A stretch of DNA of 45,803 nucleotides from a virus (lineage: Duplodnaviria; Caudoviricetes), in the IMG/VR virus record IMGVR_UViG_3300020686_000006, positions 1 through 45,803 of that record; one strand, given 5' to 3'. This document shows, one piece after another, positions 18,222 through 26,388 of this stretch. The notes below the pieces were generated by a model. The model worked only from the letters and a program-made list of their open reading frames with translations, ran no database searches and was not told where the DNA came from. The translations under genes were made by a program, and so were the position numbers. Numbering within the stretch: the first letter of the stretch is position 1; each line of letters begins with the position of its first letter.

Positions 18222-18482
18222 ATGCTAGACCTTATCGAGACAATGCTGCGTGAATTTCGTGTATTTTCCCAAGATTTTTATACTTTTCGTGACCAAATGC
18301 AAGCATTTATTGACTCCCAGTCTGCGGTTACTGATGCTGTGGCTCCTGCTGTTGCTGATCCCGTTCCTGCCGTGGCTGCTTCAGAGCCTACTCCAGCTCC
18401 AACTGTCGAGCCAACCCCATCTGTTGTAGACAATGTTGCTACTGCTGATACTGTAACTATTGAAGTTACCCCAAGCGCTTAA
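18222..18482 (+). CDS. Hypothetical protein: N-terminal helix plus Ala/Pro/Val/Thr-rich tail
   Basis: ATG 18222 with GGAG SD; followed by its own terminator. Confidence 0.7.
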   Translation: MLDLIETMLREFRVFSQDFYTFRDQMQAFIDSQSAVTDAVAPAVADPVPAVAASEPTPAPTVEPTPSVVDNVATADTVTIEVTPSA

Positions 18483-18503
18483 GTCTTAGACAATTTAGTG
18501 CTG

Positions 18504-18524
18504 CCCACTTCGGTGGGTTTTTTT
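18504..18524 (+). terminator. Rho-independent terminator
   Basis: CCCAC-TTCG-GTGGG followed by T7. Confidence 0.85.
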
Positions 18525-18677
18525 ATGGGCGCTCGGTATTTGTTGTGGCTAATATACACAACATGTAAAAATTTGACCTTGCGATGTGTGAAACGGATAA
18601 GGTGGGGGGCGGCGTGTCATGGGCGTGTCCCTCTCCCTCTCCCCTGCTGTCGTTTGTCGGGTAGAAACCATTAGTGT

Positions 18678-19001
18678 AGGGACGATCGTGTCTCTCGCTT
18701 CAAGCTCATTAAATTGGCGACGTGTTTATATTTGTGCGGTACTTCGTGCCTTTGCCTTAGTGCATCAGGTCAAGTGTCGAGAACATGGGTATATTTGCGT
18801 GAAGTTTAATCATTAAAAATTCGACTCTCGGATGTGGCTAATGCGTGTGCATTTTCGTCCCGAGCGCTCTTTGTAGGTGAGCGTGAGCTAACTACCGATA
18901 TTACCCTTGCATCATCTAAACCCCTAGGGGCATGGTGTAAACACACACGGCAAAGTGTGGCAAGGGGATTTTAATGTGTGTCTTAATCCTAGGATACACA
19001 T
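18678..19001 (+). ncRNA. Candidate large structured RNA / early leader
   Basis: More than ten mutually compatible helices including long-range pairings, with many G-U pairs valid only on the + strand (see findings). Confidence 0.55.
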
Positions 19002-19030
19002 ACACAATCAATTTACTTAAGGGGAAACTC

Positions 19031-19438
19031 ATGGAAAATAATCAGCTCACAATTATCGACGTAGATGCAACTTACTCATTGTCGGTTAAAAAGCCCGAGA
19101 AAGTCGGTTCGCTATCAATGCTTATCGCCTTCGGTGATTCGACTAGCCGTAAGGGTGTAGCCGAAGATCTTTTAACTCGCCAATACTTAAGTGGTACTTA
19201 TCGTCCCGTACTTCGTGACCTTGGCAATAATTTGCTTAACTCTAAAACAATCGTATTCTTTCCCGAGATTACCGAATCTGGTGCATTGAATAAAACCCGC
19301 TTTATTGACGCATGTAAACGCCTCTATAACGCATTGAACAATGGTAAAGAGTTAAAAGGTAAAAAGGCTTTTTACTTCGGATTCTTAAAGCATGTAGTTG
19401 AAACTGCTACTGTTCGTGAAACTGTTCTTGAGGCTTAA
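19031..19438 (+). CDS. Hypothetical early protein
   Basis: ATG 19031 with AAGGGG SD (ORF-track start 18974 is buried in a hairpin). Confidence 0.75.
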   Translation: MENNQLTIIDVDATYSLSVKKPEKVGSLSMLIAFGDSTSRKGVAEDLLTRQYLSGTYRPVLRDLGNNLLNSKTIVFFPEITESGALNKTRFIDACKRLYNALNNGKELKGKKAFYFGFLKHVVETATVRETVLEA

Positions 19439-19502
19439 ATTAATCTATCCTAGTCACGATATTAAACTGACTAACACTTAACAACTTATTGAGGATTTTA
19501 TT

Positions 19503-19718
19503 ATGCGAGTACATTTATTGCCTAAGGGTGTAAGTATTGCACCATTGCCTAGTTTAGTTAAGATTGAACCTGTAAGCAAACTCCAAGGTGGTTTACCGCC
19601 TGTGCCGTATCGTTCAGCTAATCGTGCTATTGTCGGATTTCATAAGCGTTCAATCGTTCGGTGGTCAGCGTACACCAAGTCGGTTCGTGCCCCATCAGCG
19701 CCAAAAATCATACGATAA
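19503..19718 (+). CDS. Hypothetical basic protein
   Basis: GAGG SD, 71 aa. Confidence 0.55.
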   Translation: MRVHLLPKGVSIAPLPSLVKIEPVSKLQGGLPPVPYRSANRAIVGFHKRSIVRWSAYTKSVRAPSAPKIIR

Positions 19719-19720
19719 AT

Positions 19721-20050
19721 GAATATTCCAGTGTATTCTTATAGAATAAATAAGAGAATATTTGAAATGTGTTGATTCTATTAGGTTTTTTGGTATGAAT
19801 ATTCCAATATTCCAATATTCTATACAAATACATACATATATACATTTATGTGTCGGTCTAATCGGATGATGAAATGCGGATACATATAATCCATTACATA
19901 CATCACACACGAAAGTCGTCTGACCCTTTTCAAAACTTGGAATATTGGAATATTCAAAATCCGAATTCTCAAGATGCCCTATTCATGGGGCTTTCCGTGT
20001 AAGTAATCACTCACGAGAATATTCCAGCCCTAAAAATCATTGGAATATTC
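19721..20050. repeat. AT-rich cluster of GAATATTCC(A) direct and inverted repeats; putative replication origin
   Basis: Copies at 19721, 19756 (degenerate), 19797-19821 (three in tandem), 19937-19955 (inverted), 20017 and 20041 (inverted) in a non-coding AT-rich gap. Confidence 0.7.
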
Positions 20051-20173
20051 ACCCCATCGAATTCTTTAATCTCACTCCTGCTATGCAGGAGTATACAAGT
20101 CAATTTCCCTGTTGTCAACTGGCTTGTATCTTTTCAACGACAACAATCCAAACTTACTTACGGAGCACCTATC

Positions 20174-20365
20174 ATGGCTTTAAATTACTTAACCCTACGC
20201 ATAGACAACCCCGAAAAAGCTGACATTGACTACGACTTTGAGGAGTTCGTGATCGACTTTCCCGAGATGGCGGACTACATCATGGAGGAGGAACGCCACT
20301 TTACTTGTTATCTCAACCAGTTAACCATGCCCCATAACGCATTGAATTGGAGGAATTATGTTTGA
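20174..20365 (+). CDS. Hypothetical acidic protein
   Basis: GGAG SD, 63 aa. Confidence 0.7.
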   Translation: MALNYLTLRIDNPEKADIDYDFEEFVIDFPEMADYIMEEERHFTCYLNQLTMPHNALNWRNYV

Positions 20366-20534
20366 AAAAGTAATACAAATTAATTATGTCGGATTGACTG
20401 CGCTATCGTCGATGATGATGTGTGCGGGTGCATGGAATCAGACAAGCTACGCATTAATTAACCAAGCCTTATTGGCTTTTGGTGCGTTCATCTTTGGAAT
20501 AGTAACTGCAAAGGCGGTCAATCATGGAGACTAA
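20358..20534 (+). CDS. Small two-TM membrane protein (58 aa)
   Basis: Not in ORF track. GGAGG SD; MFEKVIQINYVGLTALSSMMMCAGAWNQTSYALINQALLAFGAFIFGIVTAKAVNHGD*. Confidence 0.6.
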   Translation: MFEKVIQINYVGLTALSSMMMCAGAWNQTSYALINQALLAFGAFIFGIVTAKAVNHGD

Positions 20535-20712
20535 ACCCACAATAACTGTACAAGTTAAACCTGTATACGGGAATGTCCTAATATATCCTGTGTGTACAAA
20601 CGCTACACTATTTGCAAACCTAACCAAGACTAAAACACTGAGCAAAGCAAACCTAAAGGATATCGAATCCCTTGGGTATGAGGTAATTAAACAACCATTC
20701 ACTGGGGAGTAA
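20524..20712 (+). CDS. Conserved small phage protein
   Basis: VQVKPVYG..IYPVC..A.LFA.L..TKTL....LGY pattern common in phage early regions. Confidence 0.75.
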   Translation: METKPTITVQVKPVYGNVLIYPVCTNATLFANLTKTKTLSKANLKDIESLGYEVIKQPFTGE

Positions 20713-20713
20713 C

Positions 20714-20932
20714 ATGGAAGATTATCACTTACCTATCTGTACCAAATGCTATGCAGTAAGGGTAGAACCACATCGGGCTAAGATGCTACGACCAACTTGT
20801 ATGTCGTGCGGTGAAGTACTTGCCAAGGAGGTTAAGCGTACAGTTGTGCCCATGCACAAATCAAACTATCTACTCATTACAGATTTAAATGATCTTAAGG
20901 GTATCAACAACAAAGGAGGTAACTTTAGATGA
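20714..20932 (+). CDS. Small zinc-finger protein
   Basis: CTKC..CMSC followed by VVPMHKSNY..DLKGINNKGG; GGGGAG SD. Confidence 0.75.
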   Translation: MEDYHLPICTKCYAVRVEPHRAKMLRPTCMSCGEVLAKEVKRTVVPMHKSNYLLITDLNDLKGINNKGGNFR

Positions 20933-21105
20933 TTAAAACATTTAACGTATATATAAGCGAGACGTATTCAGGGTATGTAACTATTGAGGCTGACAACCCT
21001 GAGCAAGCAGAGGAGTTGGTGCGGGATAAGCTAGTAAACGGAGACATCAACCCAATGGAGGAGTTTGACGGAGACACAATGATTGAGGTAACTTTAGATG
21101 ATTGA
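20929..21105 (+). CDS. DpnD/PcfM-like small protein (58 aa)
   Basis: Not in ORF track. GGAGG SD; MIKTFNVYISETYSGYVTIEADNPEQAEELV matches the K-F-x-V-x-I-x-E-T..V-x-I-E-A..A pattern. Confidence 0.65.
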   Translation: MIKTFNVYISETYSGYVTIEADNPEQAEELVRDKLVNGDINPMEEFDGDTMIEVTLDD

Positions 21106-21229
21106 GTTAATGCAGGACTACAACTATAAATTGTTCGCATGGTTTGCATCTCGACTTGATGCACGTCGCCTTATAAGGGAGAACTGTGCGAGGATTCACC
21201 TATCACGAACCAACGGAGTCAGACCATGA
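21098..21229 (+). CDS. Small hypothetical protein (43 aa)
   Basis: Not in ORF track. GAGG SD; MIELMQDYNYKLFAWFASRLDARRLIRE..; ATGA overlap with the next gene. Confidence 0.6.
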   Translation: MIELMQDYNYKLFAWFASRLDARRLIRENCARIHLSRTNGVRP

Positions 21230-21432
21230 AGTCAAACTATAAACGCTACACCGTCGCAGGTGTTGGTGGTATTAATTGTAGATGTTGTGTCTCTTATGGT
21301 GCAAAACCTACATATAAGAAGCAAGCCAAGCGTAGATTCAACGAATCAATCCAACAACTAATCCTTAAGGAGATCGCAGATGGAGACAAGCCAACTAAAT
21401 CTATGGGTAGAAATACCATTGAAAGTGACTAA
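21226..21432 (+). CDS. Small basic protein with CxCC motif
   Basis: GVGGINCRCC then Lys/Arg-rich helix; GGAG SD. Confidence 0.65.
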   Translation: MKSNYKRYTVAGVGGINCRCCVSYGAKPTYKKQAKRRFNESIQQLILKEIADGDKPTKSMGRNTIESD

Positions 21433-21434
21433 AA

Positions 21435-21536
21435 ATGAAACTATTTAAAGAAAAACTAATTCACTTTTCGATCAACCTATTATTGACTGTGGTATTTATT
21501 GGCATAGTCATGAGAATCATCTGGCTCATATCCTGA
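21435..21536 (+). CDS. Possible single-TM microprotein (33 aa)
   Basis: Not in ORF track. MKLFKEKLIHFSINLLLTVVFIGIVMRIIWLIS*. Confidence 0.45.
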   Translation: MKLFKEKLIHFSINLLLTVVFIGIVMRIIWLIS

Positions 21537-21645
21537 GCTAGTCAGTAACTAATTAAGATGAACATAAGCATAGAACTTATGAGTATAGAGAGGTGCTAGG
21601 GTTTTCCCTAGTACGAAATTCCCAAACTAACTAACGGAGTAATCC

Positions 21646-22650
21646 ATGAAATATTCAGATATTGAGCGTTCAGTCAAAGCCAACTTTGCCAAGGGTAATT
21701 TACTTGTACCCTACATCGTGGGTAAACCAGGTGGTGGTAAGTCATCCCTTGCCCGTGCAATTGTCAAGTCACTTGGCATCAAACCCGAGAGAGTTGTGGA
21801 GTTTAATCCATCACTTCGTGACCCAGTGGATATCATGGGTATACCTAGAACCGATGCGGATGTAGCCAAGTGGGTTCCGATGCCTGAGTTTTACCGTATT
21901 CGTGACGATGGTATCAATGAGCCGTGTGCGTTAATCATCGAGGAGTTAAGCGATGCGCCTATACCGATGCAAAATCCCATGTGTCGTGTCATCCTTGATC
22001 GTTGTGCGGGTGAGCTTAAACTACATCCTAAACTGTACATCATTGCATCAGGTAATCGTACCGAGGACAAGTCAGGTGCTAATCGTATGAGTACCAAACT
22101 GGGCAATCGTATGCAGACTTTAGTGTTCGACGAGAACCTAGACGACTGGTGTGCGTGGGCATTGGAGTCTAACATCGCAGTCGAGATGATTCAGTTTCTT
22201 AGGTTCAGACCTAACCTATTGTCCGACTTTGACCCCAACCGCAGTATCAACCCGACACCAAGATCGTGGGAGATGGCAAACCAAGTGGATACCGAGTTGC
22301 CTAGTGATCTTTACTTCTCCAACATTGCAGGTTGTGTGGGTGAGGGTGCGGCGGCTGAGTATACAGGGTTCAAGCGTATCTATGAGGGACTACCTGATAT
22401 CGACGGCATCTTACTCAACCCAAGCAAGGCGCAAGTACCGACCGACCCAGCGATATTGTTTGCGTTGACTGGTGCTTTGGCTCATAAGTGTAGTAAGGAT
22501 AACTTCGATAGAGTTACCGAGTACATCGACAGATTACCAAGTGACTTCCAAGTTATGTGTATCTATGATGCTCAGAAAATCAAGCCTGAGATTCGCAATA
22601 CCAAGGCGTTCATCGCATGGTCTGTTAAAAATGCTAGTGTGTTAATGTAA
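21646..22650 (+). CDS. AAA+ ATPase (MoxR-like / AAA_5)
   Basis: Walker A GKPGGGKS, Walker B variant LIIEE, sensor I ASGN, L.NR arginine finger, PTPRSWE sensor II. Confidence 0.88.
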   Translation: MKYSDIERSVKANFAKGNLLVPYIVGKPGGGKSSLARAIVKSLGIKPERVVEFNPSLRDPVDIMGIPRTDADVAKWVPMPEFYRIRDDGINEPCALIIEELSDAPIPMQNPMCRVILDRCAGELKLHPKLYIIASGNRTEDKSGANRMSTKLGNRMQTLVFDENLDDWCAWALESNIAVEMIQFLRFRPNLLSDFDPNRSINPTPRSWEMANQVDTELPSDLYFSNIAGCVGEGAAAEYTGFKRIYEGLPDIDGILLNPSKAQVPTDPAILFALTGALAHKCSKDNFDRVTEYIDRLPSDFQVMCIYDAQKIKPEIRNTKAFIAWSVKNASVLM

Positions 22651-22671
22651 TTTACTTAAGGAGATACCAAC

Positions 22672-23583
22672 ATGAATTTAAATCTTACAACCCTTGCATC
22701 CAAGGCGATGCTAGTCAAGCTGACAACAAGGCGGGCTAACCTAACCAAGCGTGACATGGTAGCCGAGGAATACCTTCAAGCCGAGCTAGGGGATACGGCG
22801 TTCATTGTGAATAAGAAACTATTCCGTGACCCGATGAATCCAATCAATCAAATCATGAGTAAGGCAGGGGAGGTGTACACCTATCACAAACAAAACACAT
22901 TAGCGTACATTGACAAGGGGCCTCGACTGTTACCTAATGCAAGGTACTTCGACTATACGACTGAGATGCGTAACCGTATCTCTGAGGTGGATGCAATGAT
23001 GGCTTTGCATATGCCTAACTACGACAAGTATGTACAGCTTGATGTGTCGCATCGTATAGCTCAGGATAGTGGTAAGGCTAAACCAAGTAAGTATATAGCA
23101 CCGAGTGCGGATGATTACCCAACGGCTGAAGCGTTTGAGCGTGGCATGGGGCACGACATTAGATTCACACCACTACCCGAGGCTAAACACTTCTTATTCG
23201 ATATCTCAGACGAGGACTTGAAAGCGTTCGAGGATTCGATGAGTGCCGTTCAGGCTCAGGCTAGGGCGGAGGTCATTAGGAAAATGCTCACACCATTACA
23301 ACACTTGGTGGACAAACTCAACAAGCCTATTGGAACTGAGGGTGCGATCTTTAGGGATAGTGCAATCGAGAATGTCATCGAGGGCTTGGAGATGGCGCAG
23401 AAACTTAACATAGACAATGATGAGGAAGTTAATGGTATAGCAGATGTACTGCGCAGTGCAGTCGGTGTGTTCTCCAATAACGGCGATGTGCTTAGGGAGT
23501 CTCCAATCGTTCGTGAGAATACTGCTAAGAAGTTAGACGAGATAGCCAAGCAGATGGGGTTCTTATACGGAGGTAATCAATGA
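22672..23583 (+). CDS. Helical conserved phage protein (DUF3150-like)
   Basis: LASKAMLV.L..KKL..G.RLLP..DYPT..F.PLP..IFRDS.IEN..LN..LR.S..R; between the AAA+ and vWA genes. Confidence 0.6.
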   Translation: MNLNLTTLASKAMLVKLTTRRANLTKRDMVAEEYLQAELGDTAFIVNKKLFRDPMNPINQIMSKAGEVYTYHKQNTLAYIDKGPRLLPNARYFDYTTEMRNRISEVDAMMALHMPNYDKYVQLDVSHRIAQDSGKAKPSKYIAPSADDYPTAEAFERGMGHDIRFTPLPEAKHFLFDISDEDLKAFEDSMSAVQAQARAEVIRKMLTPLQHLVDKLNKPIGTEGAIFRDSAIENVIEGLEMAQKLNIDNDEEVNGIADVLRSAVGVFSNNGDVLRESPIVRENTAKKLDEIAKQMGFLYGGNQ

Positions 23584-23786
23584 TTGAACTGAGTGCGTTA
23601 GAGGTAGTGCTACTGATCGCAGTAGTAGGGTTGTTGTTCTATAACTATAAGTTGTACAACGATAACAGGGAAATGTGTCGTCATCTCGCTTTGGTAACAA
23701 GAACAATAAGCGCCCTAGCGGATGGCGAGGCATCAGTTAAAAGAAACGCCGATGGCGATGTGCAAGTAAACTTAAGGAGAGAGTAA
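23580..23786 (+). CDS. Small single-TM protein
   Basis: VVLLIAVVGLLFY; GGAGG SD; ATGA overlap. Confidence 0.7.
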   Translation: MIELSALEVVLLIAVVGLLFYNYKLYNDNREMCRHLALVTRTISALADGEASVKRNADGDVQVNLRRE

Positions 23787-23787
23787 C

Positions 23788-24933
23788 ATGGCAACACCAA
23801 GTAAGATGGACAAAGCGAAAGCTCAGATTGTCCTAGATCAACCGTTCTTTGCATCAATACTGCTAAGGCGTAAGCTAGTCGAGACCGATAAAATACCAAC
23901 GCTTGCGGTCAACCAAGCAGGGACTATCTATTACAACAATGAGTTTACCGAGAAGTTACCAGTACCACAGTTAGTGTGGGGCTTATGTCATGAGGTACTT
24001 CATGTGGTCGGTCAACATGCTAGTCGGCGTGGGCATCGCAACCCCAAAAAGTGGAACTATGCAGGTGACGCATGGATTAACGACACACTAGATGATGCAG
24101 GCATCGGTGAGCGTATACCGCAGACAGTCAACATGCCAGGCTCTAAAGACGATACAGTCGAGAACATCTACAACGCACTACCCGAACAAGATGGTAACGA
24201 TGACGGCAAAGGTGACTTTGGTCAACCAGGTGGTAGTAACGACGGCTTAGGTGATGACATCATCGAAGGCGGTGACGATGGCAATCCAATGACTGAGGAT
24301 GAGAAGCGTGAGATCGAAGGTCAGATCAAGGTAGAGATAGCCGAGGCAGCTCAAGCCGCTAAGATGCGTGGTAAGTTGTCAGGTCGTTTACAAGATATGG
24401 TTACTAGCATCTTGGATGTTAAGACTCCTTGGCATGAGATACTTGAGAAACATATGGTGTCTCAAGTTAAGCAAGGTCAGACATGGCGACGAGCTAATCG
24501 TAGGTATCAGGATGTATATTTACCAAGTACAGACAAGTTACCGCAAATGGGAGAACTTGTGATACAAGTCGATGTATCTGGATCTATCAGTAAGCAAGAG
24601 TTAGATCACTACAACGGACATTTACAACGCATCATCGAGCAGTGCAGACCTGATAAGACTCATGTTCTTTATACGGACACCGAGGTTGTGCGTCATGATG
24701 AGTTTGATTGTGGTGAAGAGTTTCACCTATCATTCTTTTCTGGCGGTGGGACTGACATGCCTGCGGGCTTTAAGTATTGTGCCGAGCATGGTATTCAACC
24801 TGATGTGTTCGTGTGCTTAACTGATGGCTATACCGACTTTGGTGAACCGCAAGACTATCCAATCGTATGGTGTATTAGTTCAGACATGGAAGCAACTCAT
24901 GGTGAGAACATTCACTTTGAATTAGCTGAGTGA
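23788..24933 (+). CDS. DUF2201-type HExxH metallopeptidase fused to a vWA-like domain
   Basis: PFF..HEVLH..WNYAGDAWIN, acidic linker, MIDAS elements DVSGS, GGGT and LTDGY. Confidence 0.88.
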   Translation: MATPSKMDKAKAQIVLDQPFFASILLRRKLVETDKIPTLAVNQAGTIYYNNEFTEKLPVPQLVWGLCHEVLHVVGQHASRRGHRNPKKWNYAGDAWINDTLDDAGIGERIPQTVNMPGSKDDTVENIYNALPEQDGNDDGKGDFGQPGGSNDGLGDDIIEGGDDGNPMTEDEKREIEGQIKVEIAEAAQAAKMRGKLSGRLQDMVTSILDVKTPWHEILEKHMVSQVKQGQTWRRANRRYQDVYLPSTDKLPQMGELVIQVDVSGSISKQELDHYNGHLQRIIEQCRPDKTHVLYTDTEVVRHDEFDCGEEFHLSFFSGGGTDMPAGFKYCAEHGIQPDVFVCLTDGYTDFGEPQDYPIVWCISSDMEATHGENIHFELAE

Positions 24934-24938
24934 GGGAT

Positions 24939-24963
24939 GGGGGCAATGCCCCCTATTAATTAA
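24939..24963. repeat. 25-bp hairpin-containing element, copy 1 (inverted copy at 36378-36402)
   Basis: GGGGGCAATGCCCCCTATTAATTAA; 24/25 identical to the reverse complement of copy 2. Confidence 0.7.
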
Positions 24964-24978
24964 CTAAAGGAGATATTT

Positions 24979-25854
24979 ATGACAACATCTATTTGGAAAA
25001 ATGTATTTACTTATGAAGCGTGTAAAGCAACATTTGCTAGGCGAAAGAAAGGCTCAACAACCAAGGCAGTTATGCGTGGTTCACAACTAAGGTATGACGA
25101 AGCTAAAGATGAATACATAGTGTCCCTTGCATACTATCGTAATGACCTAATAGACTTGGCATCCGTTAACAAAGACAACATAGCAACTGTACTTAGTACA
25201 GGCGATACGATCAGTCATCGCAACAGACTATCAGCTATCTTTAAATGGGAAGTGTATTCGGATTTATCTAATCACCGAACCAATGTAAACCATGTTCGTA
25301 TGAGGACTAAGAAATACAAATGGCACAACCCCAGCGGAGATAAATGGGAACGAGTATTGTGCGCTACTATGCCTGGTGTCCCTTTTAACTTGGAGAATAT
25401 CCCATGCAATGTAGGTACTCAGTTCTTAATGACTGATGAGGGTGATGTTAAAGATGTAGTCAACTACAAGGGTGACTTCAAGAAGTTAATAACTAAAAAG
25501 GCAGTAGCTGATGCTAGACAAACTTTAGCCAAGGTACGCAAGGTTGTTATGGTTATGCTTAAGATGGGTTCGTTCGATGAGGCAATCAAAACTGCTATGA
25601 CTAGAAGCTATGTTAAGTGGGACGAGAGCGCAATCGAGCGAATCATCGCAATGCCTAACGATGTGACTGGCTATGAGGCAGAGCAGGCGATACAGTATGC
25701 GCTATGCAACATGAACATCCCTTGGCGTATAACACTTGAGGACTTAAGACCAAAAGTATTTGAGACTGCTATGAAGTTACTGCGTGAAGCGTATTACTCA
25801 ACAGTAGATGGTTGTTATGAATATGTGGATACATCATGTACGACAAAGAACTAA
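24979..25854 (+). CDS. Hypothetical protein
   Basis: 291-aa ORF with AAGGAG SD; no motif recognised. Confidence 0.8.
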   Translation: MTTSIWKNVFTYEACKATFARRKKGSTTKAVMRGSQLRYDEAKDEYIVSLAYYRNDLIDLASVNKDNIATVLSTGDTISHRNRLSAIFKWEVYSDLSNHRTNVNHVRMRTKKYKWHNPSGDKWERVLCATMPGVPFNLENIPCNVGTQFLMTDEGDVKDVVNYKGDFKKLITKKAVADARQTLAKVRKVVMVMLKMGSFDEAIKTAMTRSYVKWDESAIERIIAMPNDVTGYEAEQAIQYALCNMNIPWRITLEDLRPKVFETAMKLLREAYYSTVDGCYEYVDTSCTTKN

Positions 25855-26387
25855 TAGAAAAGTATCGAGACATTAATGTTAAGCATGATGAATGGAGTGA
25901 GTGGGTAATTACTCCGTTCAAGGAAGCCATGCTAGATATTGGTGTAGATGTTGATAGCGTATTATGGTCTGGGTTTTACAGCCAAGGCGATGGTGCGTGT
26001 TTTACTGGTTCAATATACGATTGGGGTAAGTACCTATTGCACCTAGGATACAACAACCCTATACTAATCCAAACGGCGACGGACGAATGGTACTTTAAAG
26101 TTTATCATGCTAATAGATATTACCACCACAAATCGGTAAACTATGACAACGAGATATTCCTACCTGACAATCCGTACAACGAGGAGACAGATGCTTTAAG
26201 GCATGACGCATGGATAAACACCATGCAACAGTTCGACCTATTGATGTTAGAGCAAGACATCATTAGGGATTTGGAAGACCACATGAAGGAGGTATACAAG
26301 AAACTGCAAGAAGGTTATGAGTATTTAACAAGTGATGAGATGGTTATTGATTTTATTAAACACAACTTACTAGAAGAGGAAATTTAA
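25836..26387 (+). CDS. Conserved acidic phage protein (SGFxSQGDGACF family)
   Basis: IEKYRDINV..WSGFYSQGDGACF..Y.H..YEYLTSDE. Confidence 0.75.
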   Translation: MYDKELIEKYRDINVKHDEWSEWVITPFKEAMLDIGVDVDSVLWSGFYSQGDGACFTGSIYDWGKYLLHLGYNNPILIQTATDEWYFKVYHANRYYHHKSVNYDNEIFLPDNPYNEETDALRHDAWINTMQQFDLLMLEQDIIRDLEDHMKEVYKKLQEGYEYLTSDEMVIDFIKHNLLEEEI

Positions 26388-26388
26388 A

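Noticed and set aside
18573-18601. Early sigma70 promoter TTGACC-N17-GATAAG
   Set aside because: The -10 box lacks the conserved first and last T; too weak to list without TSS data.
18619-18816. 65-aa ORF on the + strand
   Set aside because: No convincing SD, atypical composition, and it overlaps the structured RNA candidate.
19721-20050. CRISPR array (with the Cas4-like nuclease at 32106)
   Set aside because: Repeats are 8-19 bp, irregularly spaced and in both orientations; the nuclease is a typical stand-alone phage replication-module enzyme.
19695-20223. ORFs 19695..19910 (-) and 19945..20223 (+)
   Set aside because: They translate the repeat array and hairpins, lack SDs and overlap better-supported genes.
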